Shown here in pieces: positions 10,149 to 21,086 of a stretch of 64,000 nucleotides of DNA. The notes under the pieces were generated by a model. That model did not search any database. It was given only the letters and a program-made list of their open reading frames with translations, and was not told the DNA's origin. The position numbers and the translations under genes were made by a program. The stretch comes from Cyanobacteria bacterium P01_D01_bin.156 (lineage in GTDB: Bacteria > Cyanobacteriota > Cyanobacteriia > Phormidesmidales > Phormidesmidaceae): the NCBI GenBank assembly GCA_039024555.1, contig JBCCQQ010000014.1:1-64000 (forward strand), in the 5' to 3' direction. Position 1 is the stretch's first letter. Each line of letters begins with the position of its first letter.

Positions 10149-10571
10149 TCAATACAGGGACGGGGGCGGCTGAGTGAGCTCTAAGTCAAAACAGTGCAGC
10201 CCTTGGGGATGTTGCCAGCCTTGATTGGGGGCTTGGGGCAATTTATGGGTATTACTGTCGGTGGCAAAGTCAGCACACAGTTGATAGCGGCTATCGTCAA
10301 TTTTGCTGTACTGATAGGGCTCTTGGGTAATGGGATCCTGACGCTGATCGTTTGGGTCTAGATTGTCAGGCAGCACATAATCTTCCTGGTCTTGAGAATT
10401 CCAATAGAGAATGCTTGCGATCGCGCTGAGATCTTCCAGACGTTGCTGGTCACCCATAATCAATCGCTGCTGGCCAGGACTCCCCAAAACCCAGAAACCC
10501 GCTGCCGCTCCTGCAGAAACTGCAGTGGTGGCCAGGATGACAAAAATGCGATCAAAAACGGATGGTGCCAT
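10149..10571 (-). CDS. Membrane-anchored hypothetical protein resembling the C-terminal part of DUF5671-containing proteins
   Basis: TM helix followed by GSPGQQR..D.QR..DL, DPIT..PY.Y and YQLCADF motifs. Start placed at ATG 10571. Confidence 0.7.
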   Translation of the reverse strand: MAPSVFDRIFVILATTAVSAGAAAGFWVLGSPGQQRLIMGDQQRLEDLSAIASILYWNSQDQEDYVLPDNLDPNDQRQDPITQEPYQYSKIDDSRYQLCADFATDSNTHKLPQAPNQGWQHPQGLHCFDLELTQPPPSLY

Positions 10572-10637
10572 AGTAGACGGTCTGGGCAAAACATTTACTA
10601 TTTTTGAGATTAAGTTGTTATTTAAAATATTCTCGAA

Positions 10638-11321
10638 CTAGGCAGGGCGTCGCTGCACCCACTGGTAGTAATAGAGAAAGACACTGCCATCAATCGCTAA
10701 AATAACCAAGACCTTAAGGACAAAACGGAGGGTCAGCTCACCCCGCAGAAACGATGTCAAAAACGCCATCAGGGTACCGATACCGACCAATGCCACAATT
10801 AATAAGGCAACATAAGTCAACCACTTACGAACACCAGAGTATGTTTTTTCCCGATGGGTTCTCAGGGCCTTAAGGATGTTATGCATTACCAGCAGATAGA
10901 CCGGATAGGCCACGAGTAGACGGGCTAAGCAAAAAGCCACCCGCAATGCTGAATCGCCCAAAGAGCGATCCAGGGGATCGGGAATGAAATGATTAATTAG
11001 GATAAAGCCAATTTCCCCAAGGGCCTGGGTCCACAGACCTAGGGTAACAAAGGAGAGAAGATATCCAAACGCATCTCGGGCTGATTCTCCTTGACCACCA
11101 TAGGGTGCAGGAATGGGAATACCGACAAGCTCTTCATAGACAACAAAATAAGCTCGTTCAATCTCCTGTTGGGGCCAGCCAAAACTGCGTAACAACTGAC
11201 TAATAAACACATCGGAAGCACCTCGTTGGCGAGCTGCGGCAATAAAATTTACTAGCTCAGAACGATTTTGGGGTTGAGCTAGGGACTGCTCAGGTGTTTG
11301 ATTAGTGATGTCTGCGGCCAT
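10638..11321 (-). CDS. DUF5671-like membrane protein
   Basis: ARDAFGYLLSFVTL, VRKWLTYVALL and FLRGELTLRFVLK motifs; about 4 TM segments. Confidence 0.7.
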   Translation of the reverse strand: MAADITNQTPEQSLAQPQNRSELVNFIAAARQRGASDVFISQLLRSFGWPQQEIERAYFVVYEELVGIPIPAPYGGQGESARDAFGYLLSFVTLGLWTQALGEIGFILINHFIPDPLDRSLGDSALRVAFCLARLLVAYPVYLLVMHNILKALRTHREKTYSGVRKWLTYVALLIVALVGIGTLMAFLTSFLRGELTLRFVLKVLVILAIDGSVFLYYYQWVQRRPA

Positions 11322-11590
11322 GAATGCAAAACTTAGAGATAGTGCCGATCCCTGGGATAACGTTAGAGTTCAAAGTCTGCACCTTAAAAGATTTTATAGA
11401 TCGTTTTATCCCCTAGATGCAGTTACAAAAAAAGGTGCCTTTGCCTAAGCTAGCACTGGAGACTTGTAACGGTGATGAGAAATAGAGAAAGTCTTAGGAA
11501 TTCATGCATAACCTACGATAGGAGTTCAGAGAAGACTTTGGGTAGTGTTAACTGCAAACTGCCCGTTTTCACTGCAAACGACTCTCGGCA

Positions 11591-11688
11591 AGCTGTTAAG
11601 AAACGACTCCACGGGCTAAGCCCAAAAAGCTGGTTAAACCGTAATTTAAATGCACAGGCCATGGTTCTAATTGTTAACCAGTCCTAAG
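11591..11688. repeat. MITE-like dispersed repeat, copy A
   Basis: About 95 bp, aligned by hand to 26683-26785 at roughly 80-85% identity; degenerate terminal inverted repeats. Confidence 0.75.
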
Positions 11689-11781
11689 CCTCAAGAGCAG
11701 TTTAACTGTCACATGCAAAGGGCTTACAGATTGCTCCATCCACTAAATCAGTGATGGAACCGTTTTGGGGAGGCATAAAAG

Positions 11782-12333
11782 TCATGCTGGCGGGCGTCGA
11801 GCTCCCGGCCAAGGCCCTGGAGAGTGTTGCGGTAAATCAAAAATATGCTGCTGGCGATCGTATACAACGAGTCCACGAGCCTGGTAGTTATTGAGGGCAT
11901 TGGGACCATCAATGGAGTTGGTGTGCACCCATACCCGCTTACTGGTCAAAGTCCAGGCGGTTTTTAATGCCAATGTCAGTAAATAGCCCCCATGCCCCTG
12001 ACCAATAAACTGGGGAAGTAGACCAAAATATTCAATTTTTGCACTGCTATCAGGCTGGGTAGATAGCTCAAAATATCCCGCTGGTGTGCCCTGAACATAG
12101 CCGACCCAGACTCTAACAGGGTTGTGATTTAAATAGTCTAGCCATTGCTGATAGGACCATCGTAGACGGTCCATCCAATACCATTGCCCTCCCACAGCCG
12201 TATAGAGAAATCGCTGAAATTCAGGACATGGGCGCACTGACTCCATCAAGATGAGCTCGGTGGACGAAGCTGGATTAATCTGATCCAGAGAGTGCATTTC
12301 CAGATACGTGGTCGTGACCTTTAGTCGGGCCAT
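11782..12333 (-). CDS. GNAT family N-acetyltransferase
   Basis: YFGLLPQFIGQGHGGYLL acetyl-CoA motif; ALNNYQARG. Confidence 0.9.
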   Translation of the reverse strand: MARLKVTTTYLEMHSLDQINPASSTELILMESVRPCPEFQRFLYTAVGGQWYWMDRLRWSYQQWLDYLNHNPVRVWVGYVQGTPAGYFELSTQPDSSAKIEYFGLLPQFIGQGHGGYLLTLALKTAWTLTSKRVWVHTNSIDGPNALNNYQARGLVVYDRQQHIFDLPQHSPGPWPGARRPPA

Positions 12334-12383
12334 TGTGAATAATAGGCAATACCTACGGAGTAATGGAAAACGTTTGCCTACCC

Positions 12384-13661
12384 TTAGCGCAAACTCGCAA
12401 TTTTGGCCTTGACGGTATCAGCTTGGCTAATCAGATCTGCCTGGGACAGTTCGGATTGTTCACCAGAGCTGAGCCACTTCAGTTGAACGCTTTGATTATC
12501 GGCTTCAGCATCCCCCAGGATTAAACAGCCAATCGCACCGCTACGATCAGCCCGCTTAAACTGTTTGCCAAAGGCGCTACCGCTAAGATCAATCTCTACG
12601 GAGAATCCTTGGTGGCGCAGTTGTTGAGCCAGCACTGTGGCGGCAGGTTCAGCATTTTCACCCCGTGAGACAAGATAAAAATCAAGCTCTGGTGCCGGAA
12701 TAGTCTGCAGCTGCTGTAGAAGAATCGTCAGACGCTCTAACCCAATGGCAAATCCAATGGCAGGAACATCGGGACCGCCTAGCTGTTGCACTAACCCGTC
12801 ATACCGACCGCCGCCACAGACGGTGGCCTGGGCTCCTAAATCGTCTGACATAATTTCAAAGGCGGTGTGGGTGTAGTAGTCAAGGCCACGCACTAACCGA
12901 GGATTAATCGTGAAGGGAATATCCAGAGCACTGAGCTGCTGTTGAACGTGATCGAAGTGCCGCTGGGAATCGTCACTCAGATGATCTAGAAGATTGGGAG
13001 CGTCTTTAACAATCTCCTGGGTGCGACTGTTTTTACTATCGAGAATGCGTAAGGGATTACGTGTAAGGCGATCCTGAGAATCAGGGTCTAGGTCATCTTT
13101 GTAGGGCGTTAGGTAGTTTATAAGAGCTTCTCGATAATTTTGGCGGTCTTCGCCTTGGCCAACGGAATTGATGTCTAGTCTTAGGGATTTAAGTCCTAAG
13201 GTAGTTAAGATATCGTTTGCGATCGCGATCACTTCCACATCTGCCCGGGGATCCCGACTACCCAATATTTCCACATCCAGCTGATGAAACTGCCGCTGCC
13301 GACCTTTTTGCGGCCGTTCATAACGAAACGCCGGGCCAGCGTGCCACAGCCGCTGCACGCCACCATCGGCAAATAACTTATTACTAATAAATGCTCGAAC
13401 TAGACCTGCCGTAATCTCAGGCCGTAACGTAATGGAGCGCCCCCCCCGATCTTCAAAGGAGTACATCTCCTTGCCTACAACATCGGTCGCTTCTCCGATC
13501 CCTCTAGCAAACAGCTCCGTTTGCTCAAACATGGGAGGACGAATTTCCCGATAGGCCGCTCGCTGAAGAATATCCTGAGCCGTTGCCTCTACATGCTGCC
13601 AAACACTAATCTCATTGGGCAAGATGTCACGGGTGCCTCGCAGGGGCTGGATATTGCTCAT
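12384..13661 (-). CDS. hisS: Histidine--tRNA ligase
   Basis: RGTRD, LRPEIT, FRYERPQKGRQRQFHQ, RGLDYY and GGGRYDGL motifs. Confidence 0.98.
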   Translation of the reverse strand: MSNIQPLRGTRDILPNEISVWQHVEATAQDILQRAAYREIRPPMFEQTELFARGIGEATDVVGKEMYSFEDRGGRSITLRPEITAGLVRAFISNKLFADGGVQRLWHAGPAFRYERPQKGRQRQFHQLDVEILGSRDPRADVEVIAIANDILTTLGLKSLRLDINSVGQGEDRQNYREALINYLTPYKDDLDPDSQDRLTRNPLRILDSKNSRTQEIVKDAPNLLDHLSDDSQRHFDHVQQQLSALDIPFTINPRLVRGLDYYTHTAFEIMSDDLGAQATVCGGGRYDGLVQQLGGPDVPAIGFAIGLERLTILLQQLQTIPAPELDFYLVSRGENAEPAATVLAQQLRHQGFSVEIDLSGSAFGKQFKRADRSGAIGCLILGDAEADNQSVQLKWLSSGEQSELSQADLISQADTVKAKIASLR

Positions 13662-13720
13662 AAATTAGGCGATTTAAAACATTAGATGGGCAATGCTCAC
13701 CCTACCAAATCCTGAGGAAG

Positions 13721-14011
13721 TTAAGACGCCAATTCCTGCGGCTCGTCCACTCCGGGTAAGGTACAGCAGTTAACATCATCAATACAAACCTTCCCCCACT
13801 TGAGCGCCCAGCGTACCAAGGCCACACGATTGCCCGTCTCTGTTTTGTTGAGGACATTACTGATGTGATTATCGACTGTCCGTTTACTAATTTCCAGACG
13901 GGCTGATATTTCCTGATTGGTTAAGCCAGAGGCTACCAGCTCAACAATCTGTAACTCCCGTTCCGATAGGGGAGTCTTATCTTTGTCCTGCGGAGAGTTA
14001 GTGGCTGCCAT
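13721..14011 (-). CDS. pedR: Small LuxR-type redox-responsive transcriptional regulator PedR
   Basis: LuxR HTH (LSERELQIVELVASGLTNQEIS) plus Cys-rich C-terminus WGKVCIDDVNCC characteristic of cyanobacterial PedR. Confidence 0.85.
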   Translation of the reverse strand: MAATNSPQDKDKTPLSERELQIVELVASGLTNQEISARLEISKRTVDNHISNVLNKTETGNRVALVRWALKWGKVCIDDVNCCTLPGVDEPQELAS

Positions 14012-14137
14012 AGAAATACCTTTCGCTCACTGCGTATATATGCTTAGCGTTACTCCATAATAACTATTTTTACAGTGGGACATAGGTTTTACTTTATTAA
14101 CTCTATTCAGCGCCGAATACGGTGATTTTATTGAGTA

Positions 14138-14989
14138 TCAGCGTCGAACCCAATGCCTGGTCCACTTCCAAACTCCCGTCAGTCGTCGTCCAATATCGAG
14201 CAGTTGAGGCGCAACAGTGTCACTTTCTACCACCGTTTTAAACTGCTCCTGTAATAGTTCCCGCAACCGGTTGGAGGTTAAGGGACGATTGAGACGCCCT
14301 TGCTGAGCAATAGAAATAGAGCCGGTTTCCTCAGACACTACAATGCACAGACAGTTTTCCACACGTTCCGTAATTCCCATGGCAGCCCGGTGACGGGTGC
14401 CGAGCTGTCGCGAGGCAATTCGTTCAGAAATAGGCAAAATCACCCCTGCTGCCACAATCCGTGAGGCTCGAATTAATATTGCCCCATCGTGGAGTAATGT
14501 AGTGGTTTGAAAAATAGTTTGAATCAGTTCTTTCGATAGCTCAGCATTCAGACGCACACCGGGGACCGAGAAATCAGTTTCGTCAATGGGAGGTCCCGTT
14601 TCCAAAATCATCAGTGCTCCGGTGCGTTTTTGAGACAGTTCACGCACTGCATCCACCAACTCATCAATAACGCCATCGGGTCTAGATACAGGGGGATTCG
14701 TCGGGGAAAAGAGCTGCATGATTTCACCACGGCCTAGTAGTTCTAAGAAACGCCGAATCTCCGCTTGGAGAATCAGAGCCATGGCAACAGCAGCACCAAA
14801 GGATAAGTTTGTGAGGACAAATCCTAATAGGGACAGTCCCAGCGTATGACTCAGAACAGCTGCCAGCAGCAGCACAATCAATCCTCGAATCATCCATAGG
14901 TTACGACGTTCGCCAATAACCACCAGCATGAGGTAGATCAGAACGAGGACGAGGGCAATATCAATGATACGGACGAACAGACTTAGCAA
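14138..14989 (-). CDS. cdaA: Diadenylate cyclase CdaA (DacA)
   Basis: Three N-terminal TMs; DAC motifs LHDGA and GTRHRAA; downstream of lysA. Start codon (TTG) uncertain. Confidence 0.93.
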   Translation of the reverse strand: MLSLFVRIIDIALVLVLIYLMLVVIGERRNLWMIRGLIVLLLAAVLSHTLGLSLLGFVLTNLSFGAAVAMALILQAEIRRFLELLGRGEIMQLFSPTNPPVSRPDGVIDELVDAVRELSQKRTGALMILETGPPIDETDFSVPGVRLNAELSKELIQTIFQTTTLLHDGAILIRASRIVAAGVILPISERIASRQLGTRHRAAMGITERVENCLCIVVSEETGSISIAQQGRLNRPLTSNRLRELLQEQFKTVVESDTVAPQLLDIGRRLTGVWKWTRHWVRR

Positions 14990-15364
14990 GTGTTGGACCC
15001 AACCTGGGTGTTCAAGATGTATTGCAGCAGTGCTCTAAGCATTCAGCAACAGAGGGCAAACCGTATTTACCTTACTTAAAAAGCCCCCACGCTGACAGTA
15101 CTCAGGAAATGAGCAAACTGGTCATTAGTTGCAGTTACGATGAGCCTTGGCCGATCTCAGGATATCCCAGGTTAAATCATGAAAGCCTTGCTGATCCCTG
15201 AACAGGAGTTGGCTCTATGCCGATGGCATCAGACGCCATGTTTGGGTTTATTTGCCTAATTCAGCAATTAAAAAATGAATCCCCATTAACAAGCTGCGGC
15301 TTAAAGTAGCTAGGAGCTAGGTCCTGCATTCGAACTATTCTAGGCAATGGCAAGAGAGGTTGCT

Positions 15365-16759
15365 CTAGGCTTCCTGTAGGTGCTTAGGAAGACGATCATA
15401 GCGAATCAAATCGGCATCGGTTTCTCGTTCTAAAAACACAGCTCTCTGACCATGATTGACCAGAAGGGCAGCCGGCCTGGGCACGCGATTATAGTTAGAT
15501 GCCATGCTGTAGTTATAGGCTCCTGTGGCAGGAATGACAATGATGTCTCCAGACTCTAAGGGCGGAAGTTGTGCATGATGAATTATCACATCGCCCGATT
15601 CACAATGTTTACCGGCCAGGGTGACCGTTTCGCTCAGAGGGGCAGACATTTTACTGGCCGCTAGGACTCGATAAACCGACTGATAGGTTATGGGTCGAGG
15701 ATTGTCCGACATACCGCCATCGACAGCAATGTAGGTACGGATACCGGGCACCGTCTTTTGCCCGCCGACGGTGTAAGCCGTAACACAGGCACTACCAATT
15801 AAGGAGCGGCCGGGTTCGCAGATTAATCGAGGCAGGGGCACATTGGCCACTTGGCAAGCGGTCACCATATTTTCGCAGACGATCCGCGCCCAGGCTTGAA
15901 TGCTCGGCGGGTCATCCGCTTCGGTGTAGCGAATACCCAAACCGCCGCCCACATCTAGCTCACTAATGGGTAACCCATAGCTTTTAGCCCGTTCCATCCA
16001 GTGCACTAGAACACTGGCCAGGTCTTGGTGGGGCTGTAGCTCGAAAATTTGGGAGCCAATGTGGGCATGGAGGCCAATGCACTGGAGTGCAGGCTGCTGA
16101 GCCACGTACTCAAATACAGCGTCTAATTGTTCTGGATCAAACCCAAATTTGCTGTCCAGATGGCCCGTCTGAATATATTCATGGGTGTGACATTCAATAC
16201 CAGGCGTCAGCCGTAGCAGGATCGGTGTGGGGGTTTCCACCTTGGCTAAATTACTGACGGTTTTGAGTTCATGCCAGTTATCAACGACGATGCGGCAGCC
16301 TGCTGCGATACCCTGCTGCAGTTCCTGGGAGGACTTATTGTTGCCGTGAAAATACAGATTTTCTGGCTGAGCACCAGCTTTTTGAGCCGTGAGAAGTTCA
16401 CCCCCGGAAACCACATCAATAGCTAAGCCTTCTTGAAGTGCGATCGCACATACGGCTAAACAATTCCAAGCCTTTGAGGCATACATCACCAAGGACTCAC
16501 CTGGATAATACTGGCTAAATGCCTGACGATATTGCTGACAAGCCGTGCGCAGGGTTAGCTCATCTAGAATATAGAGGGGTGAACCAAACTCCTTTACTAA
16601 ATCGAGCACATCACAGCCACCAACCTCTAAATGATCACGGCTATTCACGTGAGCAGTCAGCGGCAAAATTCGTTGGTTAGGTGATGTTGACCCCGCTGCC
16701 TCCAAGTATCGGAGGCTAGAGGGGGAAGTTGGTTCAGTATCGGGCAATGTGAAAACCAT
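15365..16759 (-). CDS. lysA: Diaminopimelate decarboxylase
   Basis: YASKA PLP lysine, HIGSQI, EPGRS, HCESGD and GAYNYSMASNYN. Start placed at ATG 16759. Confidence 0.96.
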   Translation of the reverse strand: MVFTLPDTEPTSPSSLRYLEAAGSTSPNQRILPLTAHVNSRDHLEVGGCDVLDLVKEFGSPLYILDELTLRTACQQYRQAFSQYYPGESLVMYASKAWNCLAVCAIALQEGLAIDVVSGGELLTAQKAGAQPENLYFHGNNKSSQELQQGIAAGCRIVVDNWHELKTVSNLAKVETPTPILLRLTPGIECHTHEYIQTGHLDSKFGFDPEQLDAVFEYVAQQPALQCIGLHAHIGSQIFELQPHQDLASVLVHWMERAKSYGLPISELDVGGGLGIRYTEADDPPSIQAWARIVCENMVTACQVANVPLPRLICEPGRSLIGSACVTAYTVGGQKTVPGIRTYIAVDGGMSDNPRPITYQSVYRVLAASKMSAPLSETVTLAGKHCESGDVIIHHAQLPPLESGDIIVIPATGAYNYSMASNYNRVPRPAALLVNHGQRAVFLERETDADLIRYDRLPKHLQEA

Positions 16760-16984
16760 AGAGAGTGAAATATCAGAGACTGAGGGCAAGAGGAAGACAG
16801 GGCTATTTCTAGCCGTGGCAGCCAAGACGCTCCCTGGGCAAATGTGGCAAGCTCCAGTGTACAATTTTGGCCTATGTGGCCAACCGCGTAAGTATTCCAC
16901 CCTGGCTAAATAGCGTGTACTTAGGACTCTAGTGGCTACCCCATATCATGCGTGCAAAGCTCGCGAGGGAAGCCTTTGGGACCT

Positions 16985-17548
16985 ATGACCATCTCCTTAG
17001 CCTGTCAAATCTTGACCGATGAGCTTTTGCCAGCCGTGCTCAGCCTCGACAAAATTTGCCTAGGGGGATTATGGACTGAGGCGGGCTACCGTCGAGAGAT
17101 TGAGAGCCCCAATAGCGACTTGCTAGTCTTATTAATCAACAATAACGCTGACAGAAAAGTTATTGGCCTGGGATGTTTGTGGGCCATTCTGGATGAAGCC
17201 CACATTACTACACTGGCAATTCACCCCGACTATCATCGTCAACGGTTAGGGCAACGACTACTGATTCAACTACTGCGGCTAGCTCAACAGCGTACCCTTA
17301 CCCATGCCACTTTAGAAGTTCGTGCCACCAACTCAAAAGCTCTAGCGTTATATGAGAAGTTTGGGTTTCGGATGGCTGGACGTCGCAAACGCTACTACAG
17401 CGATGGAGAAGACGCCCTGATTCTGTGGCGTAGTCGATTACAAACGGACGACTACAGAGACTGGCTGCAACGCTTAAATCAAGAATGTGAGCAAGCCATG
17501 GCCGACCACCATTATCAGTGGACGCCCTGTGTAACAGAGACTCAGTAA
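16985..17548 (+). CDS. rimI: Ribosomal-protein-alanine N-acetyltransferase RimI
   Basis: EAHITTLAIHP, TLEVRATN and GRRKRYY..GEDA motifs; lysA-rimI-clpC synteny typical of cyanobacteria. Confidence 0.9.
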   Translation: MTISLACQILTDELLPAVLSLDKICLGGLWTEAGYRREIESPNSDLLVLLINNNADRKVIGLGCLWAILDEAHITTLAIHPDYHRQRLGQRLLIQLLRLAQQRTLTHATLEVRATNSKALALYEKFGFRMAGRRKRYYSDGEDALILWRSRLQTDDYRDWLQRLNQECEQAMADHHYQWTPCVTETQ

Positions 17549-17887
17549 TACGTAGCAAATATTTACGAAAAGCACCCCGGGGACTATTGAGTTTTTTCAA
17601 TGCCTGAATCTACCGATGCTGGCAGCTAAGTACTTGGAATAACCCGAGACGTCAAAGCGATGAATTCCCCAGCCCAGGCTAAGCCTATTGAGATCGGCAG
17701 GAACTAATGTATTACCGCAGGAAACCAGGGCATTCCAGTCCAGGATTGCACTAGTACCCATGTTGCAGTCAGAAATTTTTCCTTTGCACCAAATCCATTG
17801 CAAGTCGTGAATACCGGCACAGTTTCACTAAAAACGCCTGTGCTAGAATCAGGTCAACTCGCAAAAGCCAGGTGATGAAAAGCCGCC

Positions 17888-20356
17888 ATGTTTGAACGCT
17901 TTACAGAAAAAGCCATTAAGGTGATCATGCTTGCCCAGGAAGAGGCCCGCCGCTTGGGTCACAACTTTGTGGGTACTGAGCAAATCCTTCTCGGTCTCAT
18001 CGGGGAAGGAACTGGCGTAGCCGCCAAAGTTCTAAAGTCCATGGGGGTCAATCTAAAAGATGCTCGGATCGAGGTCGAAAAGATCATCGGTCGGGGGTCT
18101 GGGTTCGTCGCCGTTGAAATTCCCTTTACGCCGCGTGCTAAGCGGGTTCTAGAGCTGTCCCTGGAAGAGGCCCGTCAGCTGGGTCACAATTATATTGGCA
18201 CTGAGCACTTGCTACTGGGCCTAATTCGCGAAGGCGAAGGCGTAGCTGCTCGTGTACTGGAAAATCTTGGCGTTGATCTATCGAAGGTACGCACCCAGGT
18301 TATTCGCATGCTGGGTGAGACCGCAGAAGTATCTACCGGCGGTAGCCAAGGCCGTACTAAGACTCCCACCCTTGATGAGTTTGGGTCTAATCTGACTCAG
18401 ATGGCATCGGAAGGCAAATTAGATCCGGTGGTGGGTCGTCAAAAAGAAATTGAACGGGTGATTCAGATTCTGGGTCGTCGTACTAAGAACAATCCGGTCC
18501 TGATCGGTGAGCCCGGAGTCGGTAAAACCGCTATTGCTGAAGGGTTAGCGCAGCGTATTGCCAACGGCGATGTCCCCGATATTCTCGAAGAGAAGCGAGT
18601 AGTCACTTTAGACATCGGTTTACTGGTGGCTGGTACCAAGTATCGTGGTGAATTTGAAGAACGTCTAAAGAAAATCATGGATGAAATTCGCTCTGCTGCG
18701 AACGTCATTCTGGTGATCGACGAGGTTCATACCCTAATTGGTGCTGGTGCCGCTGAAGGCGCCATTGATGCGGCTAATATTCTTAAACCCGCTCTCGCTC
18801 GGGGTGAACTGCAGTGTATTGGTGCAACTACCCTAGATGAGTATCGTAAGCACATTGAGCGGGATGCGGCCCTAGAGCGTCGCTTCCAGCCCGTTATGGT
18901 GGGTGAGCCTAGCGTTGATGAGACCATTGAGATTCTTCATGGTTTACGAGATCGCTACGAGCAACACCACAAGCTCAAGATTCTAGACGAGTCTTTGGAA
19001 GCTGCGGCTAAGCTGGCTGACCGCTATATCTCCGACCGCTATCTGCCCGACAAGGCCATTGACCTAATCGACGAGGCCGGTTCTCGCGTACGTCTGATCA
19101 ATTCCCAACTGCCCCCGGCAGCGAAGGAGCTAGATCGCGAACTGCGTACTGTCCTTAAGGATAAGGACAACGCGGTCCGTTCCCAGGACTTTGATAAGGC
19201 TGGTGAACTGCGCGATCGCGAAATGGAAATCAAAGCGGAAATCCGGGCCATTGCCCAGAGCAAGCGCACGGACGAAGCCGGTACCAGCGACTCCCCTGAG
19301 GTAACTGAGGAGGACATTGCCCACATCGTCGCCTCTTGGACGGGGGTTCCGGTGAATAAGCTCACTGAGACCGAGTCCGAGAAGCTGCTGCATATGGAAG
19401 ACACGCTACATCAGCGCGTTATTGGCCAGGACGAAGCTGTGAAAGCGATTTCTCGTGCTATCCGTCGTGCCCGCGTGGGTCTGAAGAACCCCAACCGTCC
19501 TATTGCCAGTTTTGTCTTCTCTGGACCGACTGGTGTGGGTAAGACTGAGCTAACTAAGGCATTGGCCTCCTACTTTTTCGGTTCTGAAGAGGCCATGATT
19601 CGCCTTGACATGTCTGAGTTTATGGAGCGCCACACGGTTTCTAAGCTGATTGGTTCTCCTCCGGGATATGTCGGTTATAGCGAAGGTGGTCAGCTAACTG
19701 AAGCTGTTCGTCGTCGTCCTTACACTGTGGTGCTGTTCGACGAGATCGAAAAGGCTCACCCCGATGTCTTTAATATGCTGCTGCAGATTTTGGAAGATGG
19801 TCGTCTGACCGATGCCAAAGGTCGCACCGTAGACTTCAAAAATACGCTGCTGATTCTTACTTCCAACATTGGTTCTAAGGTCATCGAGAAAGGTGGCGGC
19901 GGTCTCGGCTTTGAGCTTGAGGAAGATGCTGCTGAGTCTCAGTACAACCGCATCCGCTCCTTGGTCAATGAGGAACTTAAGCAGTACTTCCGTCCTGAGT
20001 TTCTTAACCGTTTGGACGAAATTATTGTCTTCCGGCAGCTCACCAAGCCAGAGGTCAAGGAGATTTCCGACATTCTACTCAAGGAAGTCTTTGGTCGGTT
20101 AACTGAGCAGGGTATTACCCTGGAAGTCACCGATAAATTCAAAGAACGTCTGGTGGAGGAAGGGTATAACCCCAGCTACGGTGCTCGTCCATTGCGTCGT
20201 GCCATCATGCGACTGCTAGAAGATACCTTGGCTGAGGAAATTCTTTCTAGTCGTCTGGGTGACGGCGACACCGCCGTTGTCGATGTGGATGATAAAGGCA
20301 AAGTAGTGATTGCCTCCAAGGAAAAGCGTGAGCTTTTAACCCAAGGGGCTGATTAA
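17888..20356 (+). CDS. clpC: ATP-dependent Clp protease ATP-binding subunit ClpC
   Basis: [26 protein letters not shown]-terminus; two AAA+ modules (GEPGVGKT and GPTGVGKT); UVR coiled coil. Confidence 0.98.
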   Translation: MFERFTEKAIKVIMLAQEEARRLGHNFVGTEQILLGLIGEGTGVAAKVLKSMGVNLKDARIEVEKIIGRGSGFVAVEIPFTPRAKRVLELSLEEARQLGHNYIGTEHLLLGLIREGEGVAARVLENLGVDLSKVRTQVIRMLGETAEVSTGGSQGRTKTPTLDEFGSNLTQMASEGKLDPVVGRQKEIERVIQILGRRTKNNPVLIGEPGVGKTAIAEGLAQRIANGDVPDILEEKRVVTLDIGLLVAGTKYRGEFEERLKKIMDEIRSAANVILVIDEVHTLIGAGAAEGAIDAANILKPALARGELQCIGATTLDEYRKHIERDAALERRFQPVMVGEPSVDETIEILHGLRDRYEQHHKLKILDESLEAAAKLADRYISDRYLPDKAIDLIDEAGSRVRLINSQLPPAAKELDRELRTVLKDKDNAVRSQDFDKAGELRDREMEIKAEIRAIAQSKRTDEAGTSDSPEVTEEDIAHIVASWTGVPVNKLTETESEKLLHMEDTLHQRVIGQDEAVKAISRAIRRARVGLKNPNRPIASFVFSGPTGVGKTELTKALASYFFGSEEAMIRLDMSEFMERHTVSKLIGSPPGYVGYSEGGQLTEAVRRRPYTVVLFDEIEKAHPDVFNMLLQILEDGRLTDAKGRTVDFKNTLLILTSNIGSKVIEKGGGGLGFELEEDAAESQYNRIRSLVNEELKQYFRPEFLNRLDEIIVFRQLTKPEVKEISDILLKEVFGRLTEQGITLEVTDKFKERLVEEGYNPSYGARPLRRAIMRLLEDTLAEEILSSRLGDGDTAVVDVDDKGKVVIASKEKRELLTQGAD

Positions 20357-20377
20357 TCGTCACACCCATAGATTAAG

Positions 20378-20420
20378 ACGCAAAAAGCTTCCTGGAATAT
20401 TTCCAGGAAGCTTTTTGCGT
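20378..20420 (+). terminator. Terminator after clpC
   Basis: Perfect 20-bp stem ACGCAAAAAGCTTCCTGGAA / TTCCAGGAAGCTTTTTGCGT. Confidence 0.85.
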
Positions 20421-20630
20421 TGGCTGGCTGCGAACACCAGCTTTTTATAGCCTTGAGATAAAATTACTGATGTCGCTCAAAACCAGGCTATTCGTTGGAT
20501 GCAGCATTGTTAACTATTGTAAATTGGTCTAACGCTTTCTTGCGTACCATTGGCATCAGCTTTGATAATGATTGAACAGCATTGTTCGATGCTGATATTG
20601 TTGCCATTTTTGATTAGGAGCATAGTAAGC

Positions 20631-21086
20631 GTGCTGGGCAAACTTTTGGGTAAAAAGTCTGGATACTACCTAGAGTTATCTGAAGAAGAAATTTCGGCTA
20701 TCCCTGAGCCCGTTGCATCCCCTGCAGCAGCTCCTCAGGCAGCCTCTCCCGAACCTGAAAGTGTAGGGGCTGCTCCTACTGCCGCCGCCCCAACTCCAAA
20801 AACGGTTGCTGCTCCTGCCCTAGCCTCTAGCATTAGCAAAGCCGCAGCTGCTATGCCCCAGGAAGCGGCTACACCTGGTCAAATATCTGACCCAGTAGAG
20901 CTCATTCGGACAGCGATCGCAGCGGCCCCTAGTCAAGCGGCCACCGAAGAGGTGGCTGAATCTTCTGAACCCGAATTTGACTATAGAGCACCGATTGCCA
21001 AAGCCAGCCGCCGCCGTCCCGGTCCTAGCATGTCGCCCTTTAAGACTATGGCTAAGGATATGAAGCGGACGCCAGCTGGTTTCTAA
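20631..21086 (+). CDS. Conserved cyanobacterial Pro/Ala-rich hypothetical protein
   Basis: AGGAG upstream of GTG 20631; conserved-looking ends GYYLEL and RRRPGPSM..F..MA around a low-complexity linker. Confidence 0.7.
   Translation: MLGKLLGKKSGYYLELSEEEISAIPEPVASPAAAPQAASPEPESVGAAPTAAAPTPKTVAAPALASSISKAAAAMPQEAATPGQISDPVELIRTAIAAAPSQAATEEVAESSEPEFDYRAPIAKASRRRPGPSMSPFKTMAKDMKRTPAGF

Noticed and set aside
15020..15060. GTTGCTGAAT on the minus strand upstream of cdaA, recalling the start of a c-di-AMP (ydaO) riboswitch
   Set aside because: The rest of the conserved riboswitch core is not present.
18463..20142. Several antisense or alternate-frame ORFs inside clpC (similar ones inside ctaD, the RND permease, GMC and the symporter)
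   Set aside because: Shadow ORFs caused by codon bias of the real genes; no recognisable motifs.
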